The notes below the pieces were generated by a model. That model made no database searches and was not told the DNA's origin. It saw only the letters and a list, made by a program, of their open reading frames with translations. Below are positions 58,783-64,000 of a stretch of DNA of 64,000 bases, in pieces. Both the position numbers and the translations under genes were made by a program. The DNA lies in IMG/VR virus record IMGVR_UViG_3300037067_012889, positions 224,001-288,000 of that record; one strand, given 5' to 3'. The DNA comes from a virus. Lineage: Duplodnaviria; Caudoviricetes. Within the stretch, counting starts at the first letter, position 1; every line of letters starts with the position of its first letter.

Positions 58783-60089
58783 TTGTAAATAAACCTATGT
58801 TTTGGACCACCATATATTTTAATGTAGCCATATTTCGCAGCATACTCTGCTTCGCCTAATCCCATTTTACATGCGTGGTCCCATAAAGTCTTTTTATGCA
58901 TTACATATCCTGCATCAGACACATACCAGTATGACGGTTTAGTATTGCCATCATACCGCCAATTTGATGCCTTGTAAATTGTACCGGTATGATTATATGA
59001 ACTATCGGAGAACGCAATGATAGTAGTTACTAATGGTTTATCAGACCGAAGCATCTTAACACACCGTGCAAGAAACCAGCTGGCAAAATTCTTTTTATGA
59101 TAAGATGGATGAATACAAAATCTTGTCAATTCAATCAATTTACCTTTTGGTAGCCCTAATCTTGTTGATGATTCATTTCTAGTGGGCGAGTCGAAAACAC
59201 ATACCGCGATCACGTCATCTCCTAACATAGCGGCATATCTAATACCAGACTTATTAATTCTACCAGCGTAATGATACTTCCCTAAAAACAATTCAGATTC
59301 TAACCTATCTATTGATACCAATTTCAATTCATGTAATTCAAATTGGACAATGTCCAGTGTTTTGCCAGTCCAATATGCCAATAAATCAAGTATTCGTTGT
59401 TTACATAGGAATTCATGTTCCCATAGATATTTAAGAGTATATTGTGGAAAGTTTTTTAAGTACGTAGCCTTCTGTTGGTCTTTGATTATCGCCTGCGGAC
59501 GCTGGTGCCAATAATCGCCCTGGCATTCTATTATTATATTATGATCTGGCAAAAAACAATCATATGACCAGAATCCAATTAATTTTTCTGGTTCATAGGC
59601 GATATTTAAATCGTCGAGAAATGAATAAAGAGTCTTCTGTATGTTCGATATTCTACCGAGCTGGTTTGCGGCCAAACACGCCATTTTCTCTTTAATAGAA
59701 GCATAATTGCCACACATTTTTTGCCGATATTTAGCATCAGACCATTGTCTATGCATTTGCTCTGAAATTTTAGCTGATCTAATTAGCCCAGCTTGACTAT
59801 AACTACGTACTTTAATATCAAACTTTTTTAGCAATTTCCCTATAGATGGTCTGTCCAAACCAATAACTTTCGATATCTCTTCTGTAGACAAGCTCTGTTT
59901 ACAATATAAATCATATAATTGTTCTTTAGTGACTAGAGATGTACGACTTTTTCTACGTATAACATTAAACTCTTTTAGCAACTTACAAACCATAGCGGCA
60001 GAACAGTTAAATCGCCTAGCAAGATCACATACCCTAGATCCAGCATTATATTGCTCAACGATTAACTCTACGTTATTTGTAATGTTCAT
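58764..60089 (-). CDS. HTH repeats + Vsr/DUF559 endonuclease + Mom-like GNAT fusion (copy 3)
   Basis: WSYDC..IIIECQGDYWH..WEHEF; FLGKYHYAG..CVFDSP..ELTRFCIHP..KNFASWF..AFSDSSYNHTGTIYKASNW. Confidence 0.75.
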   Translation of the reverse strand: MNITNNVELIVEQYNAGSRVCDLARRFNCSAAMVCKLLKEFNVIRRKSRTSLVTKEQLYDLYCKQSLSTEEISKVIGLDRPSIGKLLKKFDIKVRSYSQAGLIRSAKISEQMHRQWSDAKYRQKMCGNYASIKEKMACLAANQLGRISNIQKTLYSFLDDLNIAYEPEKLIGFWSYDCFLPDHNIIIECQGDYWHQRPQAIIKDQQKATYLKNFPQYTLKYLWEHEFLCKQRILDLLAYWTGKTLDIVQFELHELKLVSIDRLESELFLGKYHYAGRINKSGIRYAAMLGDDVIAVCVFDSPTRNESSTRLGLPKGKLIELTRFCIHPSYHKKNFASWFLARCVKMLRSDKPLVTTIIAFSDSSYNHTGTIYKASNWRYDGNTKPSYWYVSDAGYVMHKKTLWDHACKMGLGEAEYAAKYGYIKIYGGPKHRFIYKCDRST

Positions 60090-60093
60090 ACGT

Positions 60094-60101
60094 TATTTAC
60101 T
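60094..60101 (-). promoter_or_regulatory. Putative promoter AGTAAATA (representative copy; T4-late-like)
   Basis: Also at 8661, 20985, 56434 and 62256; GTATATA variant at 15264. Confidence 0.55.
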
Positions 60102-60124
60102 GTATGAACTAGTGGCGACTTTCA

Positions 60125-60580
60125 CTAATCAAGATTTTCACTTTCACCTATATGGCCAGCAGACATAGATCCACGTAATTCTTTGCGTGACATCAATTGA
60201 TCTGCTTTCTTTTTAATATTCTTTAATCTGGCGATAGCCTCACCTACTGAACTAGTAATAAAGAAATCATCTATACCAAGGATATCTGCTAAACTCTTTT
60301 TCCCAGACTGACTAATATCACTGGGAATTTGAATTCTTACACGATCATCATCCTCAATCGTGACCATAATTGTCTGCGACTGAGGCGTCAATGCGTTTTG
60401 TCCCGCTTCTATATAAACAATAGCATCATCTGTTGGATCTTCTGCTGGCTTCATACTTGGCTTGCGAAAACCAATTCGTCCCAAAACACCTACTAATTGA
60501 TCTGCAAGAGAATTCTTTAATCTAGTAATATCTCCAAGTTCTGAAGAGGCGGTACCTTCTGACAATAATTGTAATCGCAT
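60125..60580 (-). CDS. Hypothetical protein with MRLQLLSE N-terminus
   Basis: 151-aa ORF. Confidence 0.6.
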   Translation of the reverse strand: MRLQLLSEGTASSELGDITRLKNSLADQLVGVLGRIGFRKPSMKPAEDPTDDAIVYIEAGQNALTPQSQTIMVTIEDDDRVRIQIPSDISQSGKKSLADILGIDDFFITSSVGEAIARLKNIKKKADQLMSRKELRGSMSAGHIGESENLD

Positions 60581-60582
60581 GA

Positions 60583-60846
60583 TTAACTCGATGGTTCGAC
60601 AACATCAAAAAATTTCTTTATCGCACCAGATAAAGTTTTGGCCGACTGATAGCAACGATGTGTGTTACAATAATAGTATGTTTCACCACGTATAACGGAC
60701 TTCTTAATAGCCGGAGATGATTTGCGACTTTGCCAAACTGCTTTGGCTTTCACGACTCGATCACGTTCTTCGTCGGTCAGCTTAACCTTGTTTTTCTCCA
60801 AGGTATCAAAATGCGGACCAGATTCATTAAGAAGACATAATTGCAT
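60583..60846 (-). CDS. Hypothetical protein with MQLCLLNE N-terminus
   Basis: 87-aa ORF. Confidence 0.6.
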   Translation of the reverse strand: MQLCLLNESGPHFDTLEKNKVKLTDEERDRVVKAKAVWQSRKSSPAIKKSVIRGETYYYCNTHRCYQSAKTLSGAIKKFFDVVEPSS

Positions 60847-60854
60847 ATTTTAAG

Positions 60855-61244
60855 CTATCTTTGATACGATAAAGGAACAAGAAAAAGAACATGTGTCGGT
60901 TCACCAGATAAGAATGTATTATCCGGATGCGGATCAAACACATAATCAAATCCATTCCTTGAAGTCTTAGCTATAACGCTATGCAATCGTCCCATTTTTC
61001 TTGGGCTTTTACCTGTCAATATGCAAATACATCCATTTGACCAAATTAAACATTTAGGTTCTAATCGAACCTCGATTGCACATAATCCCCTTTTCATCAG
61101 CCAGTTCTGAAAACCTTCCCACCAATCTGGCGATAGACTACAAAAATCGGGTATATTATTCAATGGTAATTCAAATATGGACGCTACACAAGCAGCAAAA
61201 CAATTACCACGATCGCCAAACGTGGTTTGTTTGGTCTCGATCAT
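60855..61244 (-). CDS. Hypothetical protein, possible C39/papain-like fold
   Basis: Q..GNCFAACVAS...HSVI...FDPHP. Confidence 0.55.
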   Translation of the reverse strand: MIETKQTTFGDRGNCFAACVASIFELPLNNIPDFCSLSPDWWEGFQNWLMKRGLCAIEVRLEPKCLIWSNGCICILTGKSPRKMGRLHSVIAKTSRNGFDYVFDPHPDNTFLSGEPTHVLFLVPLSYQR

Positions 61245-62251
61245 CTAAAATATCCATCTATAGTTGATAAATCAACACCTTTGCGATCACCACCAACTAC
61301 GAAATAATCCCAACCAAGCTTATCACAAAACACCTTCAATGCATTTATCTTAGCAATGTTCTGCGGATGTTGTTGTAATTTAGTCGGCTTTACTTCTACA
61401 ACAGCGGTCTTTGATAATGTCCGAATTACGAAATCTGGGAAATACATATGATAATTCCCAAGATAGATGTAATCAACTTTAATACCTTCTTTGCTGAATG
61501 AAATTACAGCGTCCAGTGAATCTAATCTCAATGCCACCGCCAATTCCCAACTAGAATGGCAAAACACCTTACCCGCCTTTCTAGTATCGATCCACTCGCC
61601 ATGTCTGGATCGCATCCATTTCCTACACATCTCTTCGCACCCAATCTCACAGCCATATTTTGCGAAGAAACCAGCTCGAACAGCAGCAAGTTTTGATACT
61701 TTGGACTTTAATAGCTTATGCTTCTTAGTCCAACAATGAACACAATGTTGAGAGACACCACATATCCCGGCTATCTGTAATTTACTAAGATTCTTGGTGA
61801 TATAGTGTTCATACATCCAATCGTAATTGTCTAGCTTACCGACAGCATTAGTAGGCACATTCTGTAAGAAGCCGCGCCTAATTTGCGCCTCTTTGTTTTT
61901 GTTGACTCCAGATTGAATTGGTACCTTATATCGGCGTAGTGCTGTGGTAACAGCCTTCTTACCGCAACTAATTTCAGATGCTATTTGTCTAGTCGACTTG
62001 TTCTGGATAATATACTGGTCTCGAAGCCACGTTTCATCATTGAGTAAAGAAAACGCCTTCGTCCCTATTTGTGATTCCAAATTCGTAGCTTTTGAAAATG
62101 AAAAACCACTACTTTTTAGCTTATACTTCCTGGCACGTCCCACAACAACAGCACGAGAGCACCCAAGAATCCGTGCTATTTCACTGAAGGAATGGTTCGG
62201 ATGAAGTCGAAGAACATCTTCGTCCTTGATATTAGATTTGTTGTGTTGCAT
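61241..62251 (-). CDS. HTH-repeat + TnsA-N-like PD-(D/E)xK endonuclease (homing-type)
   Basis: SSWE...LD, YFPDF, VEVKP, K..A...C; three HTH-like N-terminal units. Confidence 0.8.
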   Translation of the reverse strand: MQHNKSNIKDEDVLRLHPNHSFSEIARILGCSRAVVVGRARKYKLKSSGFSFSKATNLESQIGTKAFSLLNDETWLRDQYIIQNKSTRQIASEISCGKKAVTTALRRYKVPIQSGVNKNKEAQIRRGFLQNVPTNAVGKLDNYDWMYEHYITKNLSKLQIAGICGVSQHCVHCWTKKHKLLKSKVSKLAAVRAGFFAKYGCEIGCEEMCRKWMRSRHGEWIDTRKAGKVFCHSSWELAVALRLDSLDAVISFSKEGIKVDYIYLGNYHMYFPDFVIRTLSKTAVVEVKPTKLQQHPQNIAKINALKVFCDKLGWDYFVVGGDRKGVDLSTIDGYFR

Positions 62252-62288
62252 ATTCTATTTACTTTACAACACAATCTAAAGAACCGCT

Positions 62289-63053
62289 TTAGCCTGCCTT
62301 AATTATCGGGAGTGGCTCTCCAAGATGTATAGCTTTTTCTATTATGGCTGCTTTTTCTTCTTTGCCTTCACCAACTAATGCTTCGCCATCTAATGCAAGG
62401 CTTCCGCCATCTGGCATTGGCACACCAGCGATCTTTCTGCGTGCGGCTCCGACCATTATTTTGGTCTCTGCCAACAGCATTTCATTGGCCAATAATCGTG
62501 CCTGGGGACTGCGAAAATGGCTGACTGTCGGATAATACAACACAGTAACGGGAAAAGCACCTTTTGGTGTTGGGTATAATCTAATCAACTGGCGCGTTGG
62601 ACCATCTCCACCTTCGTTCAGAACATCCCAATGTCCAATAGTTCCAAGTATCTGCTGTGAAGATCGCCTATATGCCTGCAAAAGGTAATAATCTGTAAGA
62701 ATGTTTTGGATACCAGATATGTTTCCTATGTTGAACAGAAAACTCTCGGCCCCGAACACATCATCTATTCTTGTTGTAACTGGATCCCATTGAACTTCTT
62801 GGATCCAATAGGCATCATCTGGCATTGGATATGTAGCGACCAATGGTTCTGTATAAAACAAGGCAAGTTTTTGTTCTCTTGGAAAATAGCCAGCTATAAA
62901 GTCACCAGTAACTCGTAACGCTATTTCGAACTGTTGCTCAGTTATTTCTACAGCAACACCTGGACTTCCGAGTTCGGCCAAGCAATATGCCTTCATCGGA
63001 TCGGAAGCAACCTTCATGACAACAGGCAAATCGTTTGGGCCAATGATAGCCAT
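62289..63053 (-). CDS. Neck protein (gp13-like)
   Basis: YCLAELGSP..AVEITEQQ, LYPTP, A.TK..VG.AR.K..G...PDGGS..LDGEAL..EG. Confidence 0.85.
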   Translation of the reverse strand: MAIIGPNDLPVVMKVASDPMKAYCLAELGSPGVAVEITEQQFEIALRVTGDFIAGYFPREQKLALFYTEPLVATYPMPDDAYWIQEVQWDPVTTRIDDVFGAESFLFNIGNISGIQNILTDYYLLQAYRRSSQQILGTIGHWDVLNEGGDGPTRQLIRLYPTPKGAFPVTVLYYPTVSHFRSPQARLLANEMLLAETKIMVGAARRKIAGVPMPDGGSLALDGEALVGEGKEEKAAIIEKAIHLGEPLPIIKAG

Positions 63054-63090
63054 GTACAGCTCCTAGTTCTTGCAATATATTTGAATTATC

Positions 63091-63642
63091 TTATGGCGGT
63101 TCTTTAGATGCTTTATTCCAGAGCACCAGTGCTGTCCGTTGTTGCATTTTAGATAATATCGGGAAAAGTTCTGTCTCTATATATTCTTTACTTATTTTAC
63201 CACGTTTTATCAACTCAATAAAATCAGCTCTGTCTTTGGCCCTATTCATACCAGCTTCCATCTTCATCTTGAGTAGTATTTTTAGGCTTATCACGTTCAA
63301 GCCATGACTACTTGACGAAGGCTTCGGAAAAATAGTGTCGCCGACTTTCAATCCATCGTAACATATCTGGATTTGATAATTATTAAGCTCGAATCGATTA
63401 TTCTTACCTAGAGAGAACCCGCCAGTATTAATAATCGCATTCGCAAGTACATCGTAATTACTTCTATCAATCAATAAATCTATATCTTCGGTATAACGCT
63501 TATAGCCATAATATTGAAGAGCAACGCCACCTATTAGATCTGCAGCGACCTTAATCTGTTTTAAAATCTTGTCGAGCAGATCAATAATACTTTGGCGTTC
63601 TTCCAAAAGTACAAAATCCCTTGATAATCTCTTTAGATCCAA
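63091..63642 (-). CDS. Pol-beta-superfamily nucleotidyltransferase (DUF6036/AbiEii-like)
   Basis: IGGVAL..YG..R.TEDIDLL, L.MK..AG.R.KD..D; TTG start with GGAGG SD. Confidence 0.8.
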   Translation of the reverse strand: MDLKRLSRDFVLLEERQSIIDLLDKILKQIKVAADLIGGVALQYYGYKRYTEDIDLLIDRSNYDVLANAIINTGGFSLGKNNRFELNNYQIQICYDGLKVGDTIFPKPSSSSHGLNVISLKILLKMKMEAGMNRAKDRADFIELIKRGKISKEYIETELFPILSKMQQRTALVLWNKASKEPP

Positions 63643-63665
63643 TTGAGCCTCCGCTCAATTACATA

Positions 63666-63956
63666 CTAAGCTGGAAATGTCTGCCCAGCATCGCCATATA
63701 TTATATTCTTATATGTGAGCCTGAATAATTCCGGCTGCTCACCTGAATCATCGGTAATAGCTGATGCGGCAGTGTTTAAAAGTCCGCGCAGAGTAGACAC
63801 CTCTGCGGTTACTGCAGCAGTAGGATAACCAGTCGCACCGTCCCATAACCGTGGACCTCTCGGACCAGTCAACACTTCATTAGAATGTATCAGTGTCAAT
63901 GGTGGAGCTGGCTGGGCACTAGCATTACTGGTTGCAGTATAAAATCCCTCAATCAT
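63666..63956 (-). CDS. Hypothetical protein
   Basis: 96-aa ORF. Confidence 0.55.
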   Translation of the reverse strand: MIEGFYTATSNASAQPAPPLTLIHSNEVLTGPRGPRLWDGATGYPTAAVTAEVSTLRGLLNTAASAITDDSGEQPELFRLTYKNIIYGDAGQTFPA

Positions 63957-64000
63957 AAGAAGTGAGGGATTATTACCAATCTGTGGTCGTACGCCTGCAC
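63953..64000 (-). CDS. C-terminal end of a gene starting beyond the window
   Basis: Open frame ...VQAYDHRLVIIPHFL* ending in an ATGA overlap with the 63956 start. Confidence 0.35.
   Translation of the reverse strand: MQAYDHRLVIIPHFL

Noticed and set aside
1-64000. Stop-codon reassignment, tRNA genes, DGR elements
   Set aside because: Core genes are intact in the standard code and end in all three stop codons; no cloverleaf, reverse transcriptase or TR/VR pair was recognised by eye.

Overview
A gene-dense 64-kb segment of a large T4-like (myovirus/jumbo-type) phage genome, mostly on the minus strand, in the standard genetic code. It carries the virion morphogenesis module: gp23-like major capsid protein (missed by the ORF track, runs off the left edge), scaffold, portal, TerL/TerS, gp55-like late sigma factor, baseplate (gp6/gp25/gp5/gp53/gp27/gp26-like), tape measure, three tail-tube paralogs, sheath, and gp15/gp14/gp13-like neck proteins. 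It also encodes an UvsW-like helicase, a primase, an intein-containing class II RNR, and an accessory island (gmd, fcl, glycosyltransferase, C1 peptidase, degenerate SNase). A Planctomycete-style dockerin-like domain suggests a Planctomycetota host (inference). The strongest candidate for a new system is three dispersed paralogs that fuse a variable DNA-binding N-terminus, a Vsr/DUF559-type nuclease and a Mom-like GNAT acyltransferase, two of them behind a GTAwATA-N4-ATG leaderless-looking promoter. Also seen: a CAAAnwTw motif upstream of ten genes, a probable ATA start codon, a candidate +1/-2 frameshift in a tail-assembly gene pair, and probable head-packaged cargo proteins. No tRNA, rRNA or CRISPR array was recognised. 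All family calls come from motif recognition by eye, not from database searches.
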